NCBI GenBank assembly: GCA_964359495.1
Contig: CAYHTG010000003.1
Coordinates: forward strand, 1 to 46,064
Direction: 5' to 3'
Length of the DNA stretch: 46,064 nt
Source: an uncultured Candidatus Peribacteria bacterium
GTDB taxonomy: Bacteria > Patescibacteriota > Gracilibacteria > UBA1369 > 2-02-FULL-48-14
Shown: positions 34,078-42,180 of the stretch, in pieces
Numbering within the stretch: position 1 is the stretch's first letter
How the letters are laid out: every line of letters begins with the position of its first letter
Notes under the pieces: generated by a model
What the model was told of the DNA's origin: nothing
The model's database searches: none
Seen by the model: the letters and a program-made list of their open reading frames with translations, nothing else
Made by a program: the position numbers and the translations under genes

Positions 34078-34380
34078 ATGAAAAAAAAACTTGCCCCAAT
34101 ACATCCCGGTGAGATCTTACTAGAAGAATTCTTGGAGCCTTTAGGGATTACTCAATATCGTTTGGCAAAAGACATCGGAGTGCCACCCAGGCGAATTAAT
34201 GAGATCGTTCATGGGGAAAGGAGTGTCTCAATAGATACTGCTTTACGATTGGCTCGTTACTTTAAAATGACTCCTCAATTTTGGATTAACGCCCAGTCAC
34301 ATTATGATCTTGAGCTGCAAAAAGATCTCCTCGAAGAACGTTTAGAAAAGGAAGTGAAGGTGCGTGATACAGTAGTCTAG
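34078..34380 (+). CDS. higA: HigA antitoxin (XRE-type HTH)
   Basis: IHPGEILLEEFLEPLGITQYRLAKDIGVPPRRINEIVHGERSVSIDTALRLARYF..TPQFWIN. Starts 4 nt after the higB stop. Confidence 0.85.
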   Translation: MKKKLAPIHPGEILLEEFLEPLGITQYRLAKDIGVPPRRINEIVHGERSVSIDTALRLARYFKMTPQFWINAQSHYDLELQKDLLEERLEKEVKVRDTVV

Positions 34381-34835
34381 GTTTTTTTAAGCCACGGAGA
34401 AACTACGAAGCCGAGACCTATAGCATCTACGATCATCAGAATCCAACCGAACCATAACAGCATGTTGTCGGTGATATTATTTATTGGATGTTTCAGCTGG
34501 CCTATTCGTGCTACTACCTGAAAAACATGGGCTTCTTGTATGGTGAGTTTCCCATCCGCATCAAGATCCGCGTTGTAAGCCCCGAGAAAAACCGGATCGT
34601 CGCCAGGGAGGTCCTGGTAGGGGTCCAAAATGGTTCCTGGACCAGTCTCTTCAAAAGTGCCATCGGCATTCTGAGAGTAATGATCGGTAGTGTAGATATT
34701 TTCATCGATTGCGAAGTCCATCGAAGCAGGTACTTCTATTTTGAGAGCCAGATAGCGGTCAAAAAAAGAATAGTTGCCCCAGATCATTAAAATAAAGACC
34801 AGTACGGAGAGGATCTTGCGTGGATTTTTCAGCAT
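34377..34835 (-). CDS. hypothetical bitopic/two-TM protein with an EF-hand/dockerin-like Ca-binding loop
   Basis: N- and C-terminal hydrophobic helices. The central segment DLDADGKLTIQEA resembles a D-x-D-x-D-G Ca loop. Convergent with higA, with a 4-nt overlap. Confidence 0.5.
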   Translation of the reverse strand: MLKNPRKILSVLVFILMIWGNYSFFDRYLALKIEVPASMDFAIDENIYTTDHYSQNADGTFEETGPGTILDPYQDLPGDDPVFLGAYNADLDADGKLTIQEAHVFQVVARIGQLKHPINNITDNMLLWFGWILMIVDAIGLGFVVSPWLKKT

Positions 34836-34878
34836 GGAAGCTTTTGTGAAGAGTAAAATTCAAACTGCTGAAAGACTA

Positions 34879-34887
34879 CCCCCCCCC
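34879..34887. repeat. C9 (G9 on the minus strand) homopolymer tract
   Basis: Nine consecutive C residues. On the minus strand the G9 lies between TTGACT (34899-34894) and TAGTCT (34878-34873), upstream of the 34835 start codon. Confidence 0.8.
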
Positions 34888-34904
34888 ATAAAAAGTCAAA
34901 GTTT

Positions 34905-34931
34905 TGTTGTTGGAGCTTCGACAACAGGTTT
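34905..34931. repeat. 27-nt direct repeat, copy 2 (TGTTGTTGGAGCTTCGACAACAGGTTT)
   Basis: Matches 33666-33692 at 26 of 27 positions. Confidence 0.6.
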
Positions 34932-35022
34932 ATTAAGGTCTGGCGACAAGGAAATCCTGGATTTCTTTCACTTTCTTAACCTGCAAAGCTTTGCCCGGGC
35001 ATCGATTCTTCAGGTTTGGATC

Positions 35023-35052
35023 TTGACTTTGTATAACGGATTCCGTTATATT
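35023..35052 (+). promoter_or_regulatory. promoter of the orphan higA paralogue, with its own palindromic operator
   Basis: TTGACT (35023-35028), 18-nt spacer, TATATT (35047-35052). A perfect 8-1-8 palindrome ATAACGGA-T-TCCGTTAT (35033-35049) occupies the spacer and -10. The ATG is at 35071. Confidence 0.5.
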
Positions 35053-35070
35053 TTCTACGTAACTTTAATT

Positions 35071-35376
35071 ATGGTCAGGAAATATCTCTATCCGCCCATT
35101 CATCCCGGAAAAATTCTTCTTAAAGAGTTTATTCAGTGTTTTGGACTCAATCAAAATCGTTTAGCTCAAGACATCAGCGTAGCTCCCCGTCGCATCAATG
35201 AAATTGTTTTGGGCAAACGAGGCATTACGGCCGATACGGCTTTGAGACTCGCTCGTTACTTTGGAAATTCAGCCTTTTTTTGGATGGAGCTGCAAATTCG
35301 TTACGAACTTAAAAAAGCTAAAGAACTTTTGGGAGATCGTTTGGAGAAAGAGGTGAAAGTTTACCAAGCTTTTTAA
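35071..35376 (+). CDS. higA: HigA-family antitoxin paralogue with no adjacent toxin gene
   Basis: IHPGKILLKEFIQCFGLNQNRLAQDISVAPRRINEIVLGKRGITADTALRLARYFGNSAFFWM, roughly 55% identical by eye to the 34078 product. The long ORF-track extension (34774-35070) covers the promoter and repeat and is not credible as coding. Confidence 0.8.
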   Translation: MVRKYLYPPIHPGKILLKEFIQCFGLNQNRLAQDISVAPRRINEIVLGKRGITADTALRLARYFGNSAFFWMELQIRYELKKAKELLGDRLEKEVKVYQAF

Positions 35377-38012
35377 GCCCCATGGCATTTCTTAAATTTC
35401 TTGCCGCTGCCGCAAGGGCAAGGGTCGTTGCGGCCGACGTCTTTTAGGTTGATCGTGCCTTTTTGAGTGGCGAACAGACCGGGTTCTTCGAGGTTTTGTT
35501 CGATTTGGTCTTCGTTGGTGCGTACGCGAACGGTGACCGGGATTTCCCCGTTGGGAGGAGGAGTAATAGGACCGAAGGGGACGGACGCCTGAGGCGTCTG
35601 CTGTACTAAGCGGACATTTATTTTCACATGAAAGAGACCGCGGACGGTGTTTTGGTCAATGCGAATCATGAGTTCTTCGAAGGCTTCGTAGGCCTTATTT
35701 TGGTACTCGACAAGGGGATTTCTTTGGCCGTAACCGCTGAGTGAAACGGCTTCGCGGAGATCCTTAAGTTCGTCGATGTGGCGCATCCAAAGCATGTCCA
35801 CGGTGCGGAGCATAATCACTCGTTCGGCCTTGCGCAGAATATCCGGTGAAGGGAGAGCTTTTTCTTTTTCGAGGTACTCATCGATGAGGTATTTTTTGAT
35901 GCGCTGAATGAGGCCTTCTTGGTCTAAGCCTTCCAGCGATTCGCGGGCGAGGGGCGATAGGGCATCCCGATGGAGAGCGGAGACCGATTCGAAGATTTCC
36001 TTGGTGTCGAGGGGATGTTCCAAAACGATTTTTTCCGCCTCTTGTTCAATGAGCAGGAGGGCTTCATTTTTTAGGCTATTTTTATCGCTCGACGCCGTCG
36101 AGTACTCCAAAAGGGTGCGGCGACGTTTGTAAATAATGTCTCGATGCATGTTCATTACGGAGTCGTATTCCACGAGGTGTTTGCGAATGTCGAAATTGTG
36201 GCCCTCCACTTTCTTTTGGGCGCTTTCAATGGAACGGCTGATGAAACCATTTTCAATGGGCATGTCGTCGGGGAGGCCGAGTTTTTCCATGAGTCCCTGC
36301 ATGCGTTCTCCGCCGAAAATGCGCATGAGGTCGTCTTCCATAGACACGTAAAATTGCGTAAGACCCGGGTCGCCTTGGCGTCCGCTTCGTCCACGAAGTT
36401 GGTTGTCGATGCGACGGGCCTCGTGCCGTTCGCTGCCCAGCACCACCAAACCGCCGAGGTCTGTTACGCCTGCGCCAAGCTTGATGTCCGTTCCGCGGCC
36501 CGCCATGTTCGTGGCAATGGTGACGGCGCTGCGCTGACCGGCTTTGGCAATAATTTCGGCTTCCTGCTCGTGGAATTTGGCGTTCAAAACGGTATGGGGA
36601 ATTCCCTCCGCATTAAACATTTGCGACAGCGCTTCCGACTTTTCCACGGAGATGGTTCCCACTAAAACGGGCTGCCCTTTTTCATGTAAAATCTTCACTC
36701 CGGCGGTGATTGCGGTGAATTTTCCGAGCCGATTTTTGTAAATCATGTCGGACTTATCCACGCGAATAAGCGGTCGGTGCGTGGGTATCTCCAAAACATC
36801 CAATCCATAAATCGAACGGAATTCTTCTTCTTCGGTTTTTGCCGTTCCCGTCATGCCGCCCAGTTTTTTGTAAATGCGGAAATAGTTTTGGAACGTAATG
36901 GTCGCGAGGGTTCGACTTTCTTTTTTAATGGGCAATCCTTCTTTGGCTTCAATGGCTTGATGAAGGCCCTGACCAAAACGTCGGCCCGGCATGAGGCGCC
37001 CCGTGAATTCATCCACAATCATCACTTGATTGTCCTTAATCACGTAATCCACATCCTGTTTGTAGGCGGCCTCCGCGCGAAGCGCTTGCTCAATGTGATG
37101 TACTTCCTCAAATCCGCTTTCCGTATAAATGTTGTCCACACCCAGAAGTTCTTCCATTTTTTTCACTCCTTCTTCGGAGAGCGTGACCGTGCGTTGCTTC
37201 TCATCGAGGTTGTAATGCACTTTTTCGTCGAGCAAACGTACAAGCTGCTTATATTTTTGATATTTCTCCGTGGATTCCTCGGCCGGTGCCGAAATAATGA
37301 GCGGGGTGCGCGCCTCGTCGATCAAGATGGAATCCACTTCGTCGACAATGGCAAAATTGAGTTCTCTCTGCACCAGTGCCTCGAGACTTGGAGCCATATT
37401 GTCTCTCAAATAATCGAAGCCGAATTCGTTGTTGGTTCCATAAGTGATGTCCGCACCGTAAGCCGTTTTTTTTTCTTCGTGATTTTGTCCGTGCATCACT
37501 ACGCCCGTCGTCAATCCCAAAAATCGATAGAGCCCGCCCATCCATTCGCTATCCCGTTGAGCGAGGTAGTCGTTCACTGTCACCACGTGCACTCCCTTTC
37601 CGCCGAGGGCGTTTAAATAAACCGGCAGTGTACTCACCAGCGTTTTCCCTTCTCCCGTTTTCATCTCGGCAATGCGACCTTCATGCAAGACCACGCCTCC
37701 AATCAGCTGAACGTCGAAAGGTACCATGTCCCAGGCATAGTCAAAGCCTCGGACCGGCCAATGTTTGCCTTGAAGACGGCGACAGGCATTTTTCAAAAGG
37801 GCGTAAGCTTCGGGCAAAATCGCATCGAGCTCTTCGCCTTTTTGAATGCGTTCTTTAAACTCAGCTGTTTTTTTAGAGATATCCTCATCGGATAGATTTT
37901 TCTGAAATTCCTCTTCCAGCCAGTTGATTTTCTCAACGATTTTTCCGATTCTCTTTAAGTCTTTTTTTTGAGGATCCCCCAGCAGCGTGTTTAGAAATTT
38001 TATTACAGACAT
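35373..38012 (-). CDS. secA: preprotein translocase ATPase SecA
   Basis: MSVIKFLNTLLGDPQKKDLKR..., Walker A MKTGEGKTLV, DEVDSILIDEARTPLIIS (DEAD-like), GMTGTA, TNMAGRGTDI, and the C-terminal zinc finger CPCGSGKKFKKCHG. Start placed at the ATG at 38012, not the track's TTG at 38042. Confidence 0.95.
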   Translation of the reverse strand: MSVIKFLNTLLGDPQKKDLKRIGKIVEKINWLEEEFQKNLSDEDISKKTAEFKERIQKGEELDAILPEAYALLKNACRRLQGKHWPVRGFDYAWDMVPFDVQLIGGVVLHEGRIAEMKTGEGKTLVSTLPVYLNALGGKGVHVVTVNDYLAQRDSEWMGGLYRFLGLTTGVVMHGQNHEEKKTAYGADITYGTNNEFGFDYLRDNMAPSLEALVQRELNFAIVDEVDSILIDEARTPLIISAPAEESTEKYQKYKQLVRLLDEKVHYNLDEKQRTVTLSEEGVKKMEELLGVDNIYTESGFEEVHHIEQALRAEAAYKQDVDYVIKDNQVMIVDEFTGRLMPGRRFGQGLHQAIEAKEGLPIKKESRTLATITFQNYFRIYKKLGGMTGTAKTEEEEFRSIYGLDVLEIPTHRPLIRVDKSDMIYKNRLGKFTAITAGVKILHEKGQPVLVGTISVEKSEALSQMFNAEGIPHTVLNAKFHEQEAEIIAKAGQRSAVTIATNMAGRGTDIKLGAGVTDLGGLVVLGSERHEARRIDNQLRGRSGRQGDPGLTQFYVSMEDDLMRIFGGERMQGLMEKLGLPDDMPIENGFISRSIESAQKKVEGHNFDIRKHLVEYDSVMNMHRDIIYKRRRTLLEYSTASSDKNSLKNEALLLIEQEAEKIVLEHPLDTKEIFESVSALHRDALSPLARESLEGLDQEGLIQRIKKYLIDEYLEKEKALPSPDILRKAERVIMLRTVDMLWMRHIDELKDLREAVSLSGYGQRNPLVEYQNKAYEAFEELMIRIDQNTVRGLFHVKINVRLVQQTPQASVPFGPITPPPNGEIPVTVRVRTNEDQIEQNLEEPGLFATQKGTINLKDVGRNDPCPCGSGKKFKKCHGA

Positions 38013-38152
38013 ACAAGCCGCAGCACAGCGGAGGCTAAGCAATAAAGTGAAGCTCAGGAATCCTATCTTAAATAACTCGCTACTTCAACAAGACCCCTCT
38101 TGACAAAAAATGCCAATCTGAAAACGAAATTGCACATTTTACAGGTCAAATT

Positions 38153-38314
38153 TCACTCTTGGCGGTAATTCTTCAGGTTGCGAATTATACAACAATCGTC
38201 ACGAATTTGATTCTCCTTTGTACTGAGAGTTTTCTTCTTACCTTTCAACGAAGTCCACTTGGATTTTTCAAAAGATTCGATGAGTTCCTTTTCTTGATCG
38301 TCGTAGTATTGCAT
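38153..38314 (-). CDS. small ORF (53 aa), possibly a truncated BrnA/CopG-like antitoxin remnant
   Basis: Hand translation: MQYYDDQEKELIESFEKSKWTSLKGKKKTLSTKENQIRDDCCIIRNLKNYRQE. The N-terminal (D/E)EEKELIESFE+G/S+W+S pattern recalls antitoxins that end in an RHH domain, which is missing here. Confidence 0.3.
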   Translation of the reverse strand: MQYYDDQEKELIESFEKSKWTSLKGKKKTLSTKENQIRDDCCIIRNLKNYRQE

Positions 38315-38343
38315 TTTATAGGTTTAAATAATATTTTTAAGCC

Positions 38344-39786
38344 TTAATCCGCCGCCTTTCCCTTCAGCACGACTAAGCAAGTCTTAATTAAAATCTTCAG
38401 ATCGAGCCAGGGGGACCAGTGTTTGATGTAGTAGCTGTCGAGGCGGACTTCTTCTTCGAAGTCGAGGTCGCTGCGGCCGCTGATTTGGCTGAGGCCCGTG
38501 ATGCCCGGCTTAATGGTGAGCAGAAAGTGGTGGCGACCTTCGTAATTTTCCACTTCTTCGGGAAGGTGAGGGCGAGGGCCAACCAAGCTCATGTCGCCTT
38601 TGAGGACGTTCCAAAGGTTGGGAAGTTCATCGAGACTGGTTTTGCGAAGCCAAGCACCAAAGCGGGTGATGCGGGGATCGTTCTTGATTTTTACCAGCGG
38701 ACCTTTGCGATGATTTTTCTCGGCGAGTTCGCTGTAACGGAGGTGATGAGTATTATGCTTCATACTGCGAAACTTGGAAAACTTGAATTTTTTGCCGTTT
38801 TGACCGATTCGGTAAGCGGGGCTTCCATCTTCGAGGCGTGTGAAAAAGACGGGACCGGCGGAATCCACTTTAATTCCCAGAGCGATCAATAAAAACAGAG
38901 GAGAGAGGAAGATGAGACCGATGCTGCTGAGCGCAAGGTCTTCCGTGCGCTTGTAAATGCGTCCCCAGCCGTCGAGAGGAGTGGGCTTCAAATGAATAAG
39001 CGGGTAACCTCCAATGGGTTCAATTTCCACGTTGCTGCGCTCCACTTCCAAAATATCGGGCACAAAGCGGTATTCTACTTGAGTTTCTCGGCAAAACTCT
39101 AAAATTTCGTGATCTTGCAGGCTGCTGAGATCTTGGGTGGTTTGAATCAGGCTTTCCACCTTGTGCCTTCTCACTATGCGGCGCAATTCTTTGAAAGAAC
39201 CGAGAAATTTAAGATTGGGAATGCGTTTGCTTCCTTCCGCCAGGTAACCCACCACGGAATAGTGAGGGTCTTTGAGGAGCCGTCTTGCTATGCGTTCACT
39301 GATCTTATTCGCGCCTAAAAGGAGGACGCGTCGTTGGCCGATTCCGGCATCCAAAAGGAGATGTTCGATGCTTCGAAGGAGCATACGCGCTAAAATGACT
39401 AGAAGGATTGCAAGAACAGCGCCAAAAATGAGCACCAAACGGGAGAAAAAGATTTCACGGGTGACGAAAAAGTAAGACATCACAAGTAAGATCCACACGA
39501 CCGAGTGTTTGAGCACGCTTCGTGATTCACGCAGCCCGCCCTCCGTATTTCGAAGCCGGTAGAGTCCAAAAAAAACAAAAACAGCCACGAGCATTGCGCC
39601 GAAGAGCAGGCTGAATTTGAGATAGTCTTCAACAGGGAGAAAGTTTGCCGGAATTACTTCAAATTGCTTTCCGGGGATGAAGTCGCCTTCGAGACGGAGT
39701 TTGTAACCGAGCAGAAAACCCAGCACCACCATGGCAAAATCCACGGGGATTCGGAGCAAGCCAAAGGCAATTTCGGAACGCTTCAT
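38344..39786 (-). CDS. polyprenyl-phosphate glycosyl-1-phosphate transferase (WbaP/EpsL-type bacterial sugar transferase)
   Basis: N-terminal TM helices, a central Rossmann-like region (RRVLLLGAN), and the C-terminal sugar-transferase domain ([58 protein letters not shown]). Start set at the ATG at 39786, because the track's upstream extension runs through rnpB. Confidence 0.88.
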   Translation of the reverse strand: MKRSEIAFGLLRIPVDFAMVVLGFLLGYKLRLEGDFIPGKQFEVIPANFLPVEDYLKFSLLFGAMLVAVFVFFGLYRLRNTEGGLRESRSVLKHSVVWILLVMSYFFVTREIFFSRLVLIFGAVLAILLVILARMLLRSIEHLLLDAGIGQRRVLLLGANKISERIARRLLKDPHYSVVGYLAEGSKRIPNLKFLGSFKELRRIVRRHKVESLIQTTQDLSSLQDHEILEFCRETQVEYRFVPDILEVERSNVEIEPIGGYPLIHLKPTPLDGWGRIYKRTEDLALSSIGLIFLSPLFLLIALGIKVDSAGPVFFTRLEDGSPAYRIGQNGKKFKFSKFRSMKHNTHHLRYSELAEKNHRKGPLVKIKNDPRITRFGAWLRKTSLDELPNLWNVLKGDMSLVGPRPHLPEEVENYEGRHHFLLTIKPGITGLSQISGRSDLDFEEEVRLDSYYIKHWSPWLDLKILIKTCLVVLKGKAAD

Positions 39787-39817
39787 GCGCCCACTATAGC
39801 AAAAAGCCTTCAGATTC

Positions 39818-39847
39818 GAAAGACACCCTCCGAAGAGAGTGTCTTTC
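39818..39847 (-). terminator. stable UUCG-tetraloop hairpin immediately 3' of rnpB
   Basis: Minus strand: GAAAGACAC-T-CTC-TTCG-GAG-G-GTGTCTTTC, with a perfect 9-bp outer stem, starting 3 nt after the P1 3' strand. A T5 run follows only after 12 nt, so this is either a 3' end/processing stem or a weak terminator. Confidence 0.4.
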
Positions 39848-40212
39848 ATGCTCCTTATAAGCCGAGTTCTGTACCCCGCCGTAGCAGGGTGGCAATCATT
39901 TCTCTGGGCCCGGCATTGCTGCTGGGCTCGTGCGGTGGGCGATTGAGGGCGCAAGGCCGCCGAATCTCAATCTCCATTCCCACCTTGCAACAGAAAGGGT
40001 TTACCGCGCCATCTCTCTCACGAGAGGGCGCCCCCTAAAGCATTATTAAGCGCTTTAGTACGGGGCGTTTCACTTTGTTCGTCTCTGTGGCACTTTCCCT
40101 ACTCTGCGTTTTTTAGGTCGCAGGGCGGTCGCCGTTAGCGACTTTCCTGCCTTGTGTTGCTCGGACTTTCCTCATCTTGCCAAACGGCAAAACGCGATTA
40201 CCAAGGAGCGTG
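39847..40212 (-). ncRNA. rnpB: RNase P RNA (bacterial type A)
   Basis: The minus strand reads GCTCCTTGG...GAGGAAAGTCCGAGC (P4/CR-I) ...CAAGGCAGG...GGGAAAGTGCCACAGAGA...GCGCGGTAAACCC...GCAAGGTGGGAA...AGAGAAATGATTGCCACC...ACAGAACTCGGCTTATAAGGAGC (CR-V plus P1 closing with the 5' GCTCCTT). This parallels the E. coli M1 RNA landmarks GAGGAAAGUCCGGGC, ACAGAGA, CGGUAAAC and ACAGAACCCGGCUUAUCGG. The ends are approximate (+/- 5 nt). Confidence 0.88.
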
Positions 40213-40260
40213 AAGACTATACAATACTTCTTTTGATTTGGCTAGAGCTTGTGAGTTGAC

Positions 40261-40560
40261 CTAATTGTTGCCAAGGACTTTCTTAACCCGGTCATGCACC
40301 AAACCGACTTGTTCAGAAGGAAGTGTTGATAGATGGCGAGCATTTGTAATTTTTCTACCTTGAGTTGTATCCAATTGGCCACTTCTCCCCAATAGTTGTC
40401 TACCCAAAGGTGTACGAGCAGCTATGAATAAAGTTCCTTGATGGTCCCTTATCCCAATCATTGCTCCGTCATCGTGTCTTCCTTCTTCAAGTTCATGTCC
40501 GGTTTCGTCCACATCAATAATAATTCCAGTTCCGTCAGGTAGTTCTTCTGGGATAGGCAT
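40261..40560 (-). CDS. hypothetical protein (99 aa)
   Basis: ORF with an acidic N-terminus. No motif recognised. Confidence 0.4.
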   Translation of the reverse strand: MPIPEELPDGTGIIIDVDETGHELEEGRHDDGAMIGIRDHQGTLFIAARTPLGRQLLGRSGQLDTTQGRKITNARHLSTLPSEQVGLVHDRVKKVLGNN

Positions 40561-40618
40561 AATTTTGGGTTAGAGGAATAGCCTTACTTTAAATGCTTAT
40601 TTGTATTACGTCAAGCTC

Positions 40619-41209
40619 CTACTTCTCTTCGCGGAGTTTTTTGAACTCACGTTGGAAGAACCGAGCGGTTTCCAGGCAGTCCTTTGCCTTTTCGTTATCT
40701 GGTTCGAGAGAAAGGGCCGATTCCAGAAGACCTATGGTTTGTTCAAATTGTCGGTCGTTCAGGTAGCAAACGGCAAGATCACACATTATGAGGGTATCTT
40801 GGGGAGCCATGGCACGAGCCCGTTCCAAAATCACGAGGCCGCGTCGGCGATCTCCGCTGTGGAAAATAGACCAACCCAAACAGCGTAAGATTTCAGGATG
40901 GTGGGGTTGTACGCGGTTGGCGGTTTCCAGGGTTTCCACCGATTTATCAAAATCTCCAAGAGAGGAGTAAAGAAAGCCCAAAAGGTAAAGGGCATTGGGA
41001 CTATTGGGGCGGATTTTGAGGGCGTGTTTGAGTGCTTTTGTGGCTCTATCGTATTCGCGGAGGCTCAAATAATTGTCGCCGATTTCTTCGTAGGCCTCCA
41101 CATACTCCATATCCATAAGAATCATCTTGTTGGCGAGCCCGATGGCTTCATCGTGCTTACCTGCAAGTTTTAGAGAATCTGCCTGCTTCAAGAGATCGTC
41201 GAGTGTCAT
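40619..41209 (-). CDS. tetratricopeptide (TPR) repeat protein
   Basis: From the ATG at 41209 (MTLDDLLKQADSLKLAGKHDEAI...), about five 34-residue TPR-like units (AYEEIGDNYLSLREYDRATKALKHALKIRPNSPNALYLLGFLYSSLGDFDKSVETLE...). Confidence 0.75.
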   Translation of the reverse strand: MTLDDLLKQADSLKLAGKHDEAIGLANKMILMDMEYVEAYEEIGDNYLSLREYDRATKALKHALKIRPNSPNALYLLGFLYSSLGDFDKSVETLETANRVQPHHPEILRCLGWSIFHSGDRRRGLVILERARAMAPQDTLIMCDLAVCYLNDRQFEQTIGLLESALSLEPDNEKAKDCLETARFFQREFKKLREEK

Positions 41210-41334
41210 TTTTTGTTTTTTTATTTTTGGGCTTCGTTGCACTACGCCCTGTCCGAAGTATCCAATCATTATAGCAAAAAATCGTCCGTCTAACAAGGAG
41301 GGAGAGCTTGGCAAAAGGGAGAGATTGTGTCGAA

Positions 41335-42180
41335 TTAATACGGATTCATTTCAGGATTCTTTTTGGCAAAGGCGATGTTGGCTGCCAGCAGGCCTTGCGG
41401 GGTGCCCGTGTCGTAGCGAGTGCCTTCCACTTCGAGTGCATAAATGGATTTACCTTCGGTGAGGAGAGTACGGAAACCGTCGATGAGGCGGATTTCTCCG
41501 TCGGGCTGACTGGCGAAACTGCGGGCCAGTGCTTCAAGAACGTCCGATGTGCAGATGTACTTTCCTATAATACCGTAGTCCGATAGGGCATCTTCGGGTT
41601 TAGGTTTTTCGATTAAGGCTCCAACTTTAATACGGCGGCCTTCTTGAGAAGCCACGGTGATTACTCCGTAAGAGCTGATGCGTTCTTTGGGTACTTTCTC
41701 CGTGCATAGAACGGGTGTTCCTGTTTCTTCGTAGACTTTTAGGAGTTGACTGAGGGCTGGTTCGGGTCCATCAATAATGTCGTCTCCAAAAAGTACTGCA
41801 AAGGGCTCATCATCCAGGAGTTCTTTAGCACAAAGCAGGGCATGACCATCCCCTTTGGCTTCATTTTGAGGAACGTAAACAAAACGGGCGGCTTTCTCGA
41901 GTTTTTGCACCTCTTCAAGAAGATCTTCTTTGCCACGGCTACGTAGTTCGTGTTCGAGCTCGTAAGAAGGGTCAAAATGTTCTTCAATGGTGCGCTTTCC
42001 AATTCCGGTGACAATAATGATCTCGTGAATACCCGAAGCGATGGCTTCTTCCACGAGGTACTGAATGACGGGCTTGTTGAGGAGGGGAAGCATGGCCTTG
42101 GGGATGACTTTGGTCATCGGCAAAAAGCGGGTTCCGAGGCCTGCCGCCAAAATAACAACTTTTTTAACAGGTTTCATCAT
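41335..42180 (-). CDS. galU: UTP--glucose-1-phosphate uridylyltransferase
   Basis: KVVILAAGLGTRFLPMTKVIPKAMLPLLNKPVIQYLVEEA, GHALLCA, VLFGDD, and EKP motifs typical of GalU. Confidence 0.9.
   Translation of the reverse strand: MMKPVKKVVILAAGLGTRFLPMTKVIPKAMLPLLNKPVIQYLVEEAIASGIHEIIIVTGIGKRTIEEHFDPSYELEHELRSRGKEDLLEEVQKLEKAARFVYVPQNEAKGDGHALLCAKELLDDEPFAVLFGDDIIDGPEPALSQLLKVYEETGTPVLCTEKVPKERISSYGVITVASQEGRRIKVGALIEKPKPEDALSDYGIIGKYICTSDVLEALARSFASQPDGEIRLIDGFRTLLTEGKSIYALEVEGTRYDTGTPQGLLAANIAFAKKNPEMNPY

Noticed and set aside
34774-35070. Upstream 99 codons of the 200-aa ORF containing the second HigA
   Set aside because: This part spans the C9 tract, the 27-nt repeat and a good promoter/operator. 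HigA homology begins only at the ATG at 35071.
36777-37616. 279-aa plus-strand ORF (other long antisense ORFs occur at 36144-36665, 32372-33076, 20194-20862 and 11926-12675)
   Set aside because: All lie wholly inside, and antisense to, genes with unambiguous motifs (secA, ftsK, pta, the 649-aa gene). They have no motifs of their own and odd composition, so I treat them as frame shadows.
39787-39954. N-terminal extension of the sugar-transferase ORF, and the 124-aa plus-strand ORF at 39664-40038
   Set aside because: Both overlap the RNase P RNA gene, and the extension is Arg/Gln/Cys-rich with no helices. The transferase has a good ATG at 39786, right before its first TM segment.
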